Source: an uncultured Candidatus Kuenenia sp.
Lineage (GTDB): Bacteria > Planctomycetota > Planctomycetia > Pirellulales > UBA1268
NCBI GenBank assembly: GCA_964578555.1
Contig: CAZODJ010000002.1
Coordinates: 5,947 to 55,117, forward strand
Direction of reading: 5' to 3'
DNA length: 49,171 bases
This document shows, one piece after another, positions 10,228 to 24,944 of this stretch. The position numbers and the translations under genes are program-made. Positions within the stretch are counted from its first letter, which is position 1, and every line of letters begins with the position of its first letter. A model generated the notes under the pieces. It had not been told where the DNA came from and searched no databases. It saw only the letters and a program-made list of their open reading frames with translations.

Positions 10228-11700
10228 CTAAAATATGACCATCAATTGTGTCTGGATGGCGGTACCGCTGTAGCCGGCCCGATAGGGATAGAGCAGGTTT
10301 TGGGCTGGGTTGTTGTTCATGTGAAGCGCCTCGAGCGTGAGCCGCGCCTGACGAGATCGCTTGAGGTACCAGTTCAGGCCGCCACCATATTCCTGACCGG
10401 TTCCATACGGGCCCGTCACGACACTCGACCGGGCGTAGGCCTCGTAGGTTCGCGGCACGAAGCACCACGACAGATAGGCGAGCCCGCCCTGGTCGAAGAT
10501 GCTCGATCGATCGAACGTGCCCACACCCTGGAAGTCGTCGAGCAGCCGGAAGTAATACTCGAAGGCCGCTCCCCAGCCCCGCCACTTCCAGGCGGCATCG
10601 ATGGTCGCCAATTGATAGACGCACTGCTCCAGAGTGCTGTCCGCGCCGATCGCCCCCTCCTTCGACAGCCGCGTGCCGTCCGAGAGCCTGAGGATCGTAT
10701 CTTCCGGATTGTTTCCGACAACGGGCAGGATGTTTGTCCGCGCATAGACACCGCTCGTGCCAAGGCGGACGACCGCGTCGTCATGGTGCTCCATGTCAGA
10801 GATGCCCAGCCCAAACGGTCCCCAGGGCTCCCACCAGGTGTTGCCGGCCCAGGCCATCGACGTGCCACGACGGAGAACGCCCGTGGTGCCACCATCGATG
10901 GCGTTCCATGCGCCGGCCACGTAGTGCACGGTGCCCTCGGCCAGGTTGCCGATGGCCTGCACACCCGGGCTGAAGCCGGGGCGGAAGAAGGTGTTGGCCA
11001 TGCTGCGGTCGATGCCGAGCGTCCACTGCGAGGTCTGCTGCCATTCCCGCGATCCCGGCACGACCGTCATGCCGCCACCAAGGGTGGCGGCATCACTGAA
11101 CTTCCAGCCCATCATCCCGATCGGGACGACCCCTGACCGGATGCCAGCATTGGTCGTGCCGAAGAGGGCGAAGTTGTAGAGCAGCCGCTCGTCGAGAACG
11201 TGGCCGTGAAAGGAGAGCAGGAAGCGATTGATGTTGAACGTGTTGATGTTGGTGATGGGCAGTGTCTCGCCCGTGGAGTCGGTCCATTCCGTCGCGCTGC
11301 GGGCAAACTCGAACCACCGCAGCTGCATGTACCCGCCGAGCGCCATGCCGAAGGGAAACTCCCCCTTCCGCGGATCGGTCTTGAGAAACAGCAGCCCCTT
11401 CGGCGGTGCGAGATCGGTAGCCGGGATGTACTGCGGCCGCGGAATGCCGGCCAGCCGGGCGGCCACGGCCTGATCAACAAGCGCCTGGATCTGCGCCTCC
11501 TGCGCAGGATCCTCGTGGGTGAGCGCCTCCTCCAGATACTGCACCTGTTCGCCGTCGGGCTCCGGCGTTGGTGCCAGCGGCCCTGCCGATTCCTCGCCCC
11601 AGGCATCGCGACAGCAGACCACCGTGACGACTGCCAAAGGCAGTGTCAGCCACCACATCGAGCGTGGGCGCAGACGGAGACTGTGCATGGGATAGCCCAC
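10228..11700 (-). CDS. Secreted porin-like outer-membrane protein (family not assigned)
   Basis: Signal-like MWWLTLPLAVVTVVCC. A long alternating aromatic/Gly-rich sequence has a C-terminus ...TQLMVIF ending in Phe. It resembles phosphate-selective (OprO/P-type) porins, but only by general impression. Confidence 0.55.
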   Translation of the reverse strand: MGYPMHSLRLRPRSMWWLTLPLAVVTVVCCRDAWGEESAGPLAPTPEPDGEQVQYLEEALTHEDPAQEAQIQALVDQAVAARLAGIPRPQYIPATDLAPPKGLLFLKTDPRKGEFPFGMALGGYMQLRWFEFARSATEWTDSTGETLPITNINTFNINRFLLSFHGHVLDERLLYNFALFGTTNAGIRSGVVPIGMMGWKFSDAATLGGGMTVVPGSREWQQTSQWTLGIDRSMANTFFRPGFSPGVQAIGNLAEGTVHYVAGAWNAIDGGTTGVLRRGTSMAWAGNTWWEPWGPFGLGISDMEHHDDAVVRLGTSGVYARTNILPVVGNNPEDTILRLSDGTRLSKEGAIGADSTLEQCVYQLATIDAAWKWRGWGAAFEYYFRLLDDFQGVGTFDRSSIFDQGGLAYLSWCFVPRTYEAYARSSVVTGPYGTGQEYGGGLNWYLKRSRQARLTLEALHMNNNPAQNLLYPYRAGYSGTAIQTQLMVIF

Positions 11701-11781
11701 CCTCAGAATCGGGTGTGATTATGCCGATCCTGCAGATTTTCCCGGACAGGAAAAATAGGGGGAGTGGGCAGACGGCCAACG

Positions 11782-12168
11782 TCAGGGAGCCGTCTGCAGA
11801 TAGGTCTGAAAAAGTGACTGGAGCCGCTGTTTGTCGAACGGCTTCACCACGAAGTCGAGCGCCCCGAGCTGGATGCATTCGCTGAGTTTGGCACGTTGAT
11901 CGATCGCGCTGATCATCACGACGTGGGCGTCAGGGTGCTCCTGCCGAATCGTTCGCAGTGCCTCCACTCCGTCCATCTCCGGCATCACGATGTCGAGCGT
12001 GACGAGGTCCGGCTTGAGTTCCCGGTAGCGGGCCACCGCCTCGGCACCGGTGGTCGCCTCACCGACGATCTCCCAGCCAGCATTTCTCGCGGTGTCCTTG
12101 ATAATGGCCCGCATGATCAGCGCATCGTCAACGACAAGGAGCCGTTTTTTATTGGGTATGGTGTTCAT
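11782..12168 (-). CDS. cheY: CheY-like single-domain response regulator
   Basis: KRLLVVDD...LVTLDIVMPEMDG...ISA...KPF receiver motifs. The ATG at 12168 is preceded by AGGAGG; the ORF track extends to a GTG at 12189. Last gene of the che operon. Confidence 0.85.
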   Translation of the reverse strand: MNTIPNKKRLLVVDDALIMRAIIKDTARNAGWEIVGEATTGAEAVARYRELKPDLVTLDIVMPEMDGVEALRTIRQEHPDAHVVMISAIDQRAKLSECIQLGALDFVVKPFDKQRLQSLFQTYLQTAP

Positions 12169-12189
12169 GCCGTCTTTTCCTCCTGCCAC

Positions 12190-12696
12190 TCACAGTCGTT
12201 CCTCGGGAAATCCCATTGTTTCAACGCGAATCGCTCCGGTGCTGACATCAAGGCTCACCCGCCGCCCTTTCTCTCCGCCGCAACACCGGGCGAGAACCGG
12301 GATGCCGCAATCGCCGAGAATCCGTTCGACGGCGGCGACGTTCTGTTCGCCGATCGTGATGCCTTTATGAAAGGCAAACATCTTGGCGCCACCGACCACC
12401 TTGGCCGACAACCGCAGGCCACGACGGCCGACCAAATCCTCGAGCAGGCGAATCGTCTCCGGGATGGCGGTATCGGCGTACTTGCCCGCCGGCTCCCCCT
12501 TCCCCTTGGAGTCGGGAAGCACGATGTGGGCCAAGCCGGCAACCTTCTCGCGTTGGCAATAGATCGCGAGCCCGACACACGAGCCGACGAACGTGCGCAA
12601 AGAACCGTTTCCCTTCGCGACGCCGATCTCGCCCATGCCGATGGCGTTGGCGTGGAAGACGTCGCTTCCGGCTCGGGTGTCGGCCTCACTCGGCAT
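12190..12696 (-). CDS. cheD: Chemoreceptor glutamine deamidase CheD
   Basis: LRTFVGSCVGLAIY (catalytic Cys region), LAHIVLPDS and KMF motifs typical of CheD. It overlaps the upstream cheC-like gene by 11 nt. Confidence 0.85.
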   Translation of the reverse strand: MPSEADTRAGSDVFHANAIGMGEIGVAKGNGSLRTFVGSCVGLAIYCQREKVAGLAHIVLPDSKGKGEPAGKYADTAIPETIRLLEDLVGRRGLRLSAKVVGGAKMFAFHKGITIGEQNVAAVERILGDCGIPVLARCCGGEKGRRVSLDVSTGAIRVETMGFPEERL

Positions 12697-13267
12697 GATC
12701 CGCCTCGGGCACGAAAATGAGCGAGCATGTCACGGGTGACCCGGCAATCAAAAAGTCGCTGTGCGAGAGAAACACGGTATCGCTGGTGGCGCCTTGGGTC
12801 ATGACGATGCCCTCCATCACCGTGGCGGCGTAGTCCCGCACGAACCAGGGGGGCGAGGGCATGATGGCGTCGGCCTCACCGGATTCGGTCGGTCGTGCCA
12901 CCGTGTTGAGATACGCACAACCGATGATGTTGGCCGTCTCGACAAGTGCGGACTGCTGTAAATCGCCCCAGGCACCGTCTGACTGGCCCGCTCCGGTGAG
13001 GATCATCTCCGCCAGGGCTAACCCGCTGGCGTCGTCGCAGGTCAGCACCAACAGGCCGGTGAACGGGCCGGTGATGTGCATCGCGCAGGCCACCAACGGC
13101 GCATCGACGGCGCCCAGCATGCCCACGGCCTCCGGCAGCGGCAGGGCAGCGACCTGGTTGATGGTGATCGTGGTGGGCCGACCGAGCCATTTGGAGAGAG
13201 CCGCGGAGGCCTCGACCGCGGCATGACGAAAAATTTCCTGCTGCTGGGAGAGCGAGTGGGCTGTCAT
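12686..13267 (-). CDS. CheC/CheX-family CheY-P phosphatase
   Basis: CheC-like fold signature with one clear E-x2-N site (LVETANI). The first-repeat position (AAVEASAAL) lacks the Asn, so it may be a single-site CheX-like form. Its start overlaps the cheA stop as ATGA. Confidence 0.7.
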   Translation of the reverse strand: MTAHSLSQQQEIFRHAAVEASAALSKWLGRPTTITINQVAALPLPEAVGMLGAVDAPLVACAMHITGPFTGLLVLTCDDASGLALAEMILTGAGQSDGAWGDLQQSALVETANIIGCAYLNTVARPTESGEADAIMPSPPWFVRDYAATVMEGIVMTQGATSDTVFLSHSDFLIAGSPVTCSLIFVPEADHAE

Positions 13268-15591
13268 GGCTGACTCCTCTGCGGTTGCGATGCAGCGATG
13301 GGGTCGCCGCCGACTGCCCGTTGTATCGTGTCGAGGCAGTTGGCAACATCCAGCAGCAGGCAGACCGATCCGTCGCCGAGAATGCTCGCGCCGCCGAGTC
13401 CACGGACGTGGGCAAATTGCTCGTCGAGGGGTTTGACCACGATATCCTGCCCGCCGAGCAGGGCGTCGACCCGCAGTCCCAGTAACCGCTGATTCGCGGT
13501 CAGGATCACCACCGTTTCCGGCCCGCTGCTCGGCACGGCTGGCTCACCCGACCACGAGAAGAGGTCGTCGGCCGTCACCACGGGAAGCATCTCACCGCGG
13601 ATGTCACAGACGTGGCGGCCATTGACCCGGACCTTCGCGTGGCCAGCAACCGAGACAATTTCGCGGACATTCTCGATCGGCACCGCCACCACGCCGTGCG
13701 GCAACCGGAAGAGCATGCACCGCGTGATGGTCAGCGTCAGCGGGAGCCGAATCGTGAACCGGGTGCCGACGCCGCCAGCCGACTCCACGTCGATCGAGCC
13801 GTTGAGGGCGGTGATCTTCGTACGAACGATGTCCATGCCCACACCGCGGCCGGAAATGTCGCTCACGGCGCGGGCCGTGCTGAATCCCGGCTGCCAGATG
13901 AGTTCGATGAGGTCACATTCAGCCAGTGTTTCCACCGTGTCAGCCGTGAGAAGGCCTCGATCGACGGCGATCTCTCCGACGCGAGTTGTATCGATGCCAC
14001 CGCCGTCATCCTCGACGGTGATGAACACGCTGTTGCCCCGATGGGCTGCCGAGAGTCGCACCGTGGCGACCTCGGGCTTCCCGTGCCGCAGCCGCACATC
14101 GACTGGCTCGATACCGTGGTCGATGCAGTTGCGCACGAGGTGGTTGAGCGGGTCACCGATCTCGTCGATCATCCGCTTGTCGAGTTCGGTTTTCTCACCG
14201 ACCAGTTCGAGGTGAACCCGTTTGCCAAGTTCACGCGCGATATCGCGAACGGTGCGTCGGAAGCGGTTGAACAGCGGCCCCACCGGCACCATCCGGGTGT
14301 TGAGGACCCCGCGCTGCAGGCTGTTGGACACCCGGGTGAGCTGGTCAATCGCCGCCGTCAGCTCCGCAAACCGCTGCCGACTGTCATCCCACAGCCGGGC
14401 CTGCTGATGCAGCGACTCGATCTGTTCGAGGACATCGGTGACGACCCCTGCCGCTGCCGAGTCGATGGTACCGCGGAGATGCTCCAGCGAGTCAATCACG
14501 GTCTGCGTGCGACCGGCCAGTGTCGTCTTGCCGAACGCTGGAGCCATGTCGCCAGCCAGCTGCGCCAGCCGCGCGCGGTTGACCACGAGTTCGCCGGTCA
14601 GGTTCAAGAGCACATCGAGGCGATCGACGTCAACCCGAACCGTTTCCACGAGACCGGTCGACGCCCGACCTCGGTCATTGCTGGCGGACTGAGCGACCGT
14701 AAGATCGGCTCCCGGCTCACCGTGATCCTCCGCGACAATCGCCTCGCCCGCGCGGGGAGCCGAGCCTTCCATGCCGCCCTGATCGTCATCCGGAAGCGGC
14801 TGCGAAGCCGCTTTCGTGCCCGGCGGCACCGACTCGATGAGCGTGTGCTCCACGCCGTCCGCACGACAGGCGAGCCCCATATCGTCGAATGACGCACTCG
14901 AGAGGAGCACCGCTTCAAATCCCGGCAGGCCCACGCTCCCGGGCAGGGTCGACCGGGGAGGCTCGAGGTCGGCGATCGTGCCAAGGAGCTCGAGCCGCGT
15001 CAGGATCAACTCGGCTTTCATCTCCGCCATCGGCAACGCCGCAGCGAACCGCACCCGGATCCGCCAAAAGCTCCCCTCCCCCGTCGGCACGGAGGCGGCA
15101 TCGTCGGCGCCAGCATCATCAGCCCCACCACGTGATGAACCTTGCCCGGCTGGCCCATCGCCTGGAGGCGAAGGCGCCCGCTCCAACGCCTTGACCTGGT
15201 CGAGCAGGTCGCCCGCGCTCTCGAGCGGTTCGCCCTTCCGCAAGTGCTCGTTGCACGTCCGCAGGAAGTCGATGCAGCGAAGGACCACGTTCATCACCTC
15301 GCCATCGAGCACTCGCCGCCCTGAGCGGAGACGCTCGAAGTGCGACTCCAAGTGATGCGTGAGTGTCGTGATGCGGTCGAGCCCCAGCAGTGCCGACGAG
15401 CCCTTGATCGAGTGAATCAGCCGAAATGCCTCGTTGAGCCCAGAACCATCGGCAGGATCGGCCTCGAGGGCCAGAAGCGTGTTCACGAGCGCATCGAGCT
15501 GCTCCCCGGTCTCATCGAGGTAGAGCCGCAGATACTCCCCCATCTCGTGCGCGGGAAAATCGCTGGTCCGAGGTGCGTCGTGTTCACTCAT
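13264..15591 (-). CDS. cheA: Chemotaxis histidine kinase CheA
   Basis: Hpt motif HSIKGSSA, HATPase boxes (NCIDHGIE, DDGGGID, GRGVGMD) and a C-terminal CheW-like domain. Confidence 0.92.
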   Translation of the reverse strand: MSEHDAPRTSDFPAHEMGEYLRLYLDETGEQLDALVNTLLALEADPADGSGLNEAFRLIHSIKGSSALLGLDRITTLTHHLESHFERLRSGRRVLDGEVMNVVLRCIDFLRTCNEHLRKGEPLESAGDLLDQVKALERAPSPPGDGPAGQGSSRGGADDAGADDAASVPTGEGSFWRIRVRFAAALPMAEMKAELILTRLELLGTIADLEPPRSTLPGSVGLPGFEAVLLSSASFDDMGLACRADGVEHTLIESVPPGTKAASQPLPDDDQGGMEGSAPRAGEAIVAEDHGEPGADLTVAQSASNDRGRASTGLVETVRVDVDRLDVLLNLTGELVVNRARLAQLAGDMAPAFGKTTLAGRTQTVIDSLEHLRGTIDSAAAGVVTDVLEQIESLHQQARLWDDSRQRFAELTAAIDQLTRVSNSLQRGVLNTRMVPVGPLFNRFRRTVRDIARELGKRVHLELVGEKTELDKRMIDEIGDPLNHLVRNCIDHGIEPVDVRLRHGKPEVATVRLSAAHRGNSVFITVEDDGGGIDTTRVGEIAVDRGLLTADTVETLAECDLIELIWQPGFSTARAVSDISGRGVGMDIVRTKITALNGSIDVESAGGVGTRFTIRLPLTLTITRCMLFRLPHGVVAVPIENVREIVSVAGHAKVRVNGRHVCDIRGEMLPVVTADDLFSWSGEPAVPSSGPETVVILTANQRLLGLRVDALLGGQDIVVKPLDEQFAHVRGLGGASILGDGSVCLLLDVANCLDTIQRAVGGDPIAASQPQRSQP

Positions 15592-15611
15592 GCTTCACCA
15601 TCTGGATTTCT

Positions 15612-16448
15612 TCAGACGTCCGGTTTTCGGTAGACGAACGTTGTCTGTTTCTCGAGCCCGTCCAGGAGGTCGAAGATGCCATCGGCCGGGCCGACCACCA
15701 GAAAGCCCCCGGGAGCCAGCGCCGAGACCAGATTCCGAACAGCGGCTTTTTTGCTTTCACGGTCGAAATAGATCATGACGTTGCGGACCAAAACGATGTC
15801 GTGGCGGGGTCCAGGCAGGGGCTCGAGGAGATTATGGCGGCGAAATTCGCACAGCTCGCGGAGCTGCGGCCGAAGCACCCAGTGCTCACCGGAAGCATCG
15901 TCCTTGAAATGTCGGCGGAGCCGCTCCGGTGAAACATGCTCCAGCGACCGACGTGGATATCGCGCCTCGCGGGCTGCTGCGAGCGCGGTTTCACTGATGT
16001 CGGTACCGAGGAGGGAGATCCGCCAGCCGGCGAGTTTTGCCGCCGCTTCGGCAAGGCAGATCGCCAGCGTGTAGAGCTCCTCTCCGGAGCTGCAAGCGGC
16101 CGACCAGATCCGCAAGGAGCGGTCGTGCCGGCCGGCGCGGACCCGCGCGATGAGGTCATCGAGAAACGGCCCTTGGAACCACTCGAAGTGGGTGCCATGC
16201 CGAAAGAAGTGGGTTTCGTTGGTGGTGACGGCGTCGATGAAGTGCTCGAGTTCGTTCGGGAGCTTTCCCGTGGTCAGCCGCGTGTAGTAGTCATCGAAGG
16301 ACTCGATGCCGAGTTTCTTCAGCCGTCGGCGAATCCGGTTGCTGAGGAGGGTGACCTTCCCGTCCTGCATACGGATACCGGTCTCGGCATAGATGAAGTC
16401 CCGAAACCTCGAGAATTCATCAGGGCTCAACCGCGTCAATTCCCACAC
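15612..16448 (-). CDS. cheR: Chemotaxis protein methyltransferase CheR
   Basis: TNETHFFR, IWSAACSSGEE, GTDIS and RNVMIYFD motifs of CheR SAM-dependent methyltransferases. Confidence 0.9.
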   Translation of the reverse strand: MWELTRLSPDEFSRFRDFIYAETGIRMQDGKVTLLSNRIRRRLKKLGIESFDDYYTRLTTGKLPNELEHFIDAVTTNETHFFRHGTHFEWFQGPFLDDLIARVRAGRHDRSLRIWSAACSSGEELYTLAICLAEAAAKLAGWRISLLGTDISETALAAAREARYPRRSLEHVSPERLRRHFKDDASGEHWVLRPQLRELCEFRRHNLLEPLPGPRHDIVLVRNVMIYFDRESKKAAVRNLVSALAPGGFLVVGPADGIFDLLDGLEKQTTFVYRKPDV

Positions 16449-16480
16449 GATCTTCCCAACCTCCTGTCGGATGCCGATCT

Positions 16481-18187
16481 TCAGACCTTGAACCGCTTCA
16501 CGAGGTCGCGGAGTCCCTGCGCCTGGGCACCGAGTTCCTCCGCACTGGCGGCCATCTCCTCGGCACCCGCGGCGTTGGCCTCGGTGGTCTGCGACACCGA
16601 CCGAATGGCAAGCTTCACTTCCTGCGCATTGGCCGTCTGCTGTTCGGTCGACGATGCGATGGCGGAAATCCCCGTGGCGGTCTTGGCCACCGCCGCCACG
16701 ATCGATTCGAGCGACTGCCCCACCTTCGCCGACAGTGACGCCCCTTCCTGGACTCGCTTCGTCGACTCCTTGATGAGGAGTGTGATCTCCTTGGCGGCCT
16801 CGCTCGATCGTTCGGCCAACTTTCGCACCTCGTCGGCAACCACCGCGAAGCCCAGGCCATGCTCGCCCGCCCGGGCCGCCTCGATGGCGGCGTTGAGCGC
16901 CAGCAGGTTGGTTTGACTGGCGATGTCGCCGATCACCTGAATGATGTCGTTGATTTGCTCCGACGACTTCTGGATCAGGTTCATGGCCGACACGGCCTCG
17001 GCCACCGCTGTCCCACCCGTCTCCGCCATGCCGGAGGTCTCCGCGGCCTGCTGCCGCGACTCGGCGGCGCTCTTGCTGATCGTGTCGATCGAGTTGATCA
17101 ACTGTTCCACCGCGGCCGTCATCTCCTCCACGCTGGCGGCCTGCGACTGGGCCCCCTCGCTCATGCCGCTGGAGCTTTCGGCGATCATGCGAGCACCCTC
17201 GTTTTGCTGATCGGCAGCCTCCGAAATCTGGCGAACGAGTTCCCGGAGATCGCCGAACATCCGCCGGGCGTTAGCGGCCAGCCGCCCCATGTCGTCGTCG
17301 CCCGAGAAGTCAATCTCCGCAGTGAGGTCGCCGTTGGAGGCAGCCGTGAACACATCGACGAGTGACTTCACCTTCCGCTCCAGGTCCTCCTTGATCCCGA
17401 TGATCACCTGCTGCTGCTCGTGCTCCTTTTCTTTGGCCCGGACCTGCTCGGTGATCACCTCCCACGTCACGAGCGGGCCCAGAAATGTCCCGTCACGGTC
17501 GCGGAGGGCTGACGCGGTGAGGTCGAGCCACTCATCACCGAGCGGAAACTTGGTCCGATGCGGCAGGTTCTTGGGGTCGGCGACGATATTTCGCTGATGC
17601 TCGGGCCGCTTGTGGAAAATGTCGAATGACCGCCCCACGATCTCATCGGCTCGGCAGGGGAGGTAGCGTTCGAGCTTGCGCAGCGCCTCGAGCGAGGCCG
17701 GATTCATGTAGGTGATCGTGCCCTCGCGATTGGCGACGATGAGCCGCACGCTGGTGTTTTCGACCATCTGCGAGTAGAGCTGCTGGAGCTTCTGGTCCGC
17801 CAGCTTCGCCTCGACCGCGGCGGTGACATCGACGGCAAACTTGACGACTCCGACCGTCTTGCCCCGCTGGTCGAGCACGGGGTTGTAGGTGGCTTGGATG
17901 AAGACCCTGCGGCCATTCTTGGTGATCCGGCCAAATTCCCCGGTCTCGAACGTCCCGGCCCGCAACCGATCCCAGAAGTCACGGTACGCGGCGCTCGAGC
18001 GGGTGGCCTCATCGACGAACATCGAATGATGGCGGCCGCGAATCTCGTCGAGCGAGTAGCCCATCAGGTCGGTGAAGTTGCGGTTGGCGTCGAGGATGGT
18101 TCCATCCGGCGCGAACTCGATCCGGCCCATCGACCGGTCGAGGGCGCTCATCGTTGAGCGGAGGGTAAACGCCTTGGTGGCAGCCAT
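16481..18187 (-). CDS. Soluble methyl-accepting chemotaxis protein with two N-terminal PAS domains
   Basis: Two PAS-like modules ([15 protein letters not shown]...; [16 protein letters not shown]...) and no hydrophobic TM segment. It has the highly conserved MCP signalling hairpin ([43 protein letters not shown]). Confidence 0.9.
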   Translation of the reverse strand: MAATKAFTLRSTMSALDRSMGRIEFAPDGTILDANRNFTDLMGYSLDEIRGRHHSMFVDEATRSSAAYRDFWDRLRAGTFETGEFGRITKNGRRVFIQATYNPVLDQRGKTVGVVKFAVDVTAAVEAKLADQKLQQLYSQMVENTSVRLIVANREGTITYMNPASLEALRKLERYLPCRADEIVGRSFDIFHKRPEHQRNIVADPKNLPHRTKFPLGDEWLDLTASALRDRDGTFLGPLVTWEVITEQVRAKEKEHEQQQVIIGIKEDLERKVKSLVDVFTAASNGDLTAEIDFSGDDDMGRLAANARRMFGDLRELVRQISEAADQQNEGARMIAESSSGMSEGAQSQAASVEEMTAAVEQLINSIDTISKSAAESRQQAAETSGMAETGGTAVAEAVSAMNLIQKSSEQINDIIQVIGDIASQTNLLALNAAIEAARAGEHGLGFAVVADEVRKLAERSSEAAKEITLLIKESTKRVQEGASLSAKVGQSLESIVAAVAKTATGISAIASSTEQQTANAQEVKLAIRSVSQTTEANAAGAEEMAASAEELGAQAQGLRDLVKRFKV

Positions 18188-18260
18188 CGCGAAAGAACTC
18201 CCTGAAGAAAACTGCGAAACAATGCGGAAACGCGCGGAAATCGGGGCGAGAAACCGTGGG

Positions 18261-18776
18261 TCAGGAATCGATCAGGTTCAGGCCGGTGCGATGCACGGCC
18301 TCGAGGTTGGCCGGATCGAGCAGGCTGTCAACGTCGAGCACGATGAGAAGTTCGTCACCGACACGGGCAAAGCCCTCGATGAAGGATCGGCCGGCGGATG
18401 CAACCGTGTCCGGTGCCGACTGGATTTGCTCGCCCGCAATCCGCATCACCCGAGTCACCGCATCGACCGTGCACCCCAGCGTGCGGCTGCCGACGTTGAC
18501 CACCACGGTGCGGGTGTCGGCATCGACCGGCTTCGGGGCGAGGCCGAAGAGGCGGCGGAGGTTGATAATCGGAATGATCGTGCCCCGGAGGTTGGCTACA
18601 CCCTCCACGTAGTCCGGCACTTCCGGCACCCTGGCCGTGCCGGACGGGATCACGATCTCCTGGATCCGCTCGATGCGAAACACATAGCCCTGATCGGCCA
18701 GACGAAAGCCAACAAACTGCCGACCGCGCGCCAGGTCGGCGCTCCTTACGACCGGCGATGAGCCCGCAGCATCCAT
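18261..18776 (-). CDS. cheW: Chemotaxis coupling protein CheW
   Basis: FVGFRL..QGYVF.I..IQEI....VPE.P.YV.GV.NLRG.IIP..NLR pattern typical of CheW. First gene of the operon. Confidence 0.9.
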   Translation of the reverse strand: MDAAGSSPVVRSADLARGRQFVGFRLADQGYVFRIERIQEIVIPSGTARVPEVPDYVEGVANLRGTIIPIINLRRLFGLAPKPVDADTRTVVVNVGSRTLGCTVDAVTRVMRIAGEQIQSAPDTVASAGRSFIEGFARVGDELLIVLDVDSLLDPANLEAVHRTGLNLIDS

Positions 18777-19013
18777 ATGGTTAACCGTCCCCCTTTGGCG
18801 AGGCCGGGTGAAGAGGTCCAGGAGTCCTCGGCCATCACCGCAAACGGCTCCTGATGAGATATAGCCCCGAAAAAGGGCATCCGCAAATTCCAGCCGACAA
18901 AACGAGTCGCCATGATCGGCAAACCCCGCGACATCCCCCCACTCCGAACTACCGGCATTGTCGCGACTTCAGCTGGCTAGGTGTCGCTTGCCTTGGAAAA
19001 GATGCCCCCGTGA

Positions 19014-19094
19014 CGCTTGACGCCTCGCTTGACGCGGCTAGTCTTTATTTGTTTTCCGGATGATGCACGGCGGCATCATTTGATTTTTTAATCA
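19014..19094. promoter_or_regulatory. Candidate operator/promoter region upstream of the LysR gene
   Basis: Tandem CGCTTGACGC at 19014-19023 and 19026-19035, inverted repeat TGATGC-N6-GCATCA at 19061-19078, and TGAT-N6-ATCA at 19081-19094 in an AT-rich patch about 40-120 nt upstream of the LysR start. Function is inferred only. Confidence 0.25.
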
Positions 19095-19134
19095 GGGATG
19101 GGGCTGGCGTTCTTTCTGGACCGCATCTCGGCGG

Positions 19135-20082
19135 GTGCTCGTGAATCTCAAGTCGCTCAAAGTCTTTTGCGACATCGTCGCTCGGCGGAGCTTTTCCAGA
19201 GCCGCCGAGGTCAACGGCATTTCACAGTCCGGGGCGAGCCAGGTGATCAGCCAACTCGAGGGCCGACTGGGCGTGCAGTTGATCGAGCGATCGAAGCGGC
19301 CGCTCGTGCCTACCCGTGAAGGGCAGGTCTTTTACGACGGCTGCCGCAAGCTGATTGCCCGCTACGAGGCGCTCGAAGACGAGGTCCGCACGCTCCACGA
19401 GGAGGTGGCCGGACGAGTGCGAGTGGCGGCAATTTACTCCGTCGGCTTGCATCACATGAGCCGCTACGTGCAGGAATTCATGACGCGGCATCCAAAAGCC
19501 AATGTGCGGCTCGAGTACCTGCATCCCGAGCGCGTGCTCGAACTCGTCGAACAGGGGCAGGCCGACATCGGGATCGTCAGTTATCCGCGGAGCACGCGGG
19601 CCATCGAAGCGGAACCGTGGCGGGAGGAGCCACTCGTGCTGGCCTGCGCCCCGAGCAGCGCCTTCGCCGGGCGGGTGCAACTCTCGCTGGCGGAACTCGA
19701 CGGCCAGCGGATGGTGGGATTCGATCCGGGCCTCGTCATCCGCCATGAAGTCGACCGGGTGATTGCCGCCCATGGCGCTGAGCCCGACGTGGTGATGGAA
19801 TTCGACAACATCGAGACGATCAAGCGGGCCGTCGAGATCGACGCTGGGGTTGCGCTCCTGCCGGAGCCGACGCTGGGCCGCGAGCTCGCCGCCGGCACCC
19901 TCTGTGCCGTGCGCATTTCGGGCGATGATCTTGTTCGCCCGTTGGGCATCATCCACGCCCGGGGCAAGCCGCTCGGCCCGACGTCCCGGCGGTTCGTCGA
20001 TCTGCTTCACGACCACGCTCGGGATGCTTCCAGCGACCTGACGGGCGCCCGTGATCCGGCTTCCGTGGTCGCGACCGCGTGA
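19135..20082 (+). CDS. LysR-family transcriptional regulator
   Basis: N-terminal wHTH (LKSLKVFCDIVARRSFSRAAEVNGISQSGASQVISQLEGRLGVQLIER) plus a LysR substrate-binding domain. The start is GTG at 19135 or GTG at 19141. Confidence 0.85.
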   Translation: MLVNLKSLKVFCDIVARRSFSRAAEVNGISQSGASQVISQLEGRLGVQLIERSKRPLVPTREGQVFYDGCRKLIARYEALEDEVRTLHEEVAGRVRVAAIYSVGLHHMSRYVQEFMTRHPKANVRLEYLHPERVLELVEQGQADIGIVSYPRSTRAIEAEPWREEPLVLACAPSSAFAGRVQLSLAELDGQRMVGFDPGLVIRHEVDRVIAAHGAEPDVVMEFDNIETIKRAVEIDAGVALLPEPTLGRELAAGTLCAVRISGDDLVRPLGIIHARGKPLGPTSRRFVDLLHDHARDASSDLTGARDPASVVATA

Positions 20083-20169
20083 GAGCCCGCGGGGCACCCC
20101 GGACCTCGCTCCAAGACAACGGACACCCAACCGCACGACGATCTCAGGTTTCAAGAACGAAAGACAGCC

Positions 20170-24801
<4,632 letters not shown>

Positions 24802-24825
<24 letters not shown>

Positions 24826-24873
24826 GAAGCCCTGGGGGCACCGGCCGGGGTTGTGCCCAAGGAAGCCCCGGGC
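24802..24873 (+). repeat. In-frame 36-nt tandem duplication spanning the gltB stop codon
   Basis: Unit 1 (24802-24837) is GCACCCGCCGGTGCTGTGCCCTAGGAAGCCCTGGGG. Unit 2 (24838-24873) is GCACCGGCCGGGGTTGTGCCCAAGGAAGCCCCGGGC. They match at 30 of 36 positions, and TAG in unit 1 aligns with AAG in unit 2. Confidence 0.8.
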
Positions 24874-24944
24874 GCGAGCCCGGGGGCCTGAATGACTCGG
24901 TTCTTCAAACTTCAATCAACAAACACACACTGAGGAGACATCCG

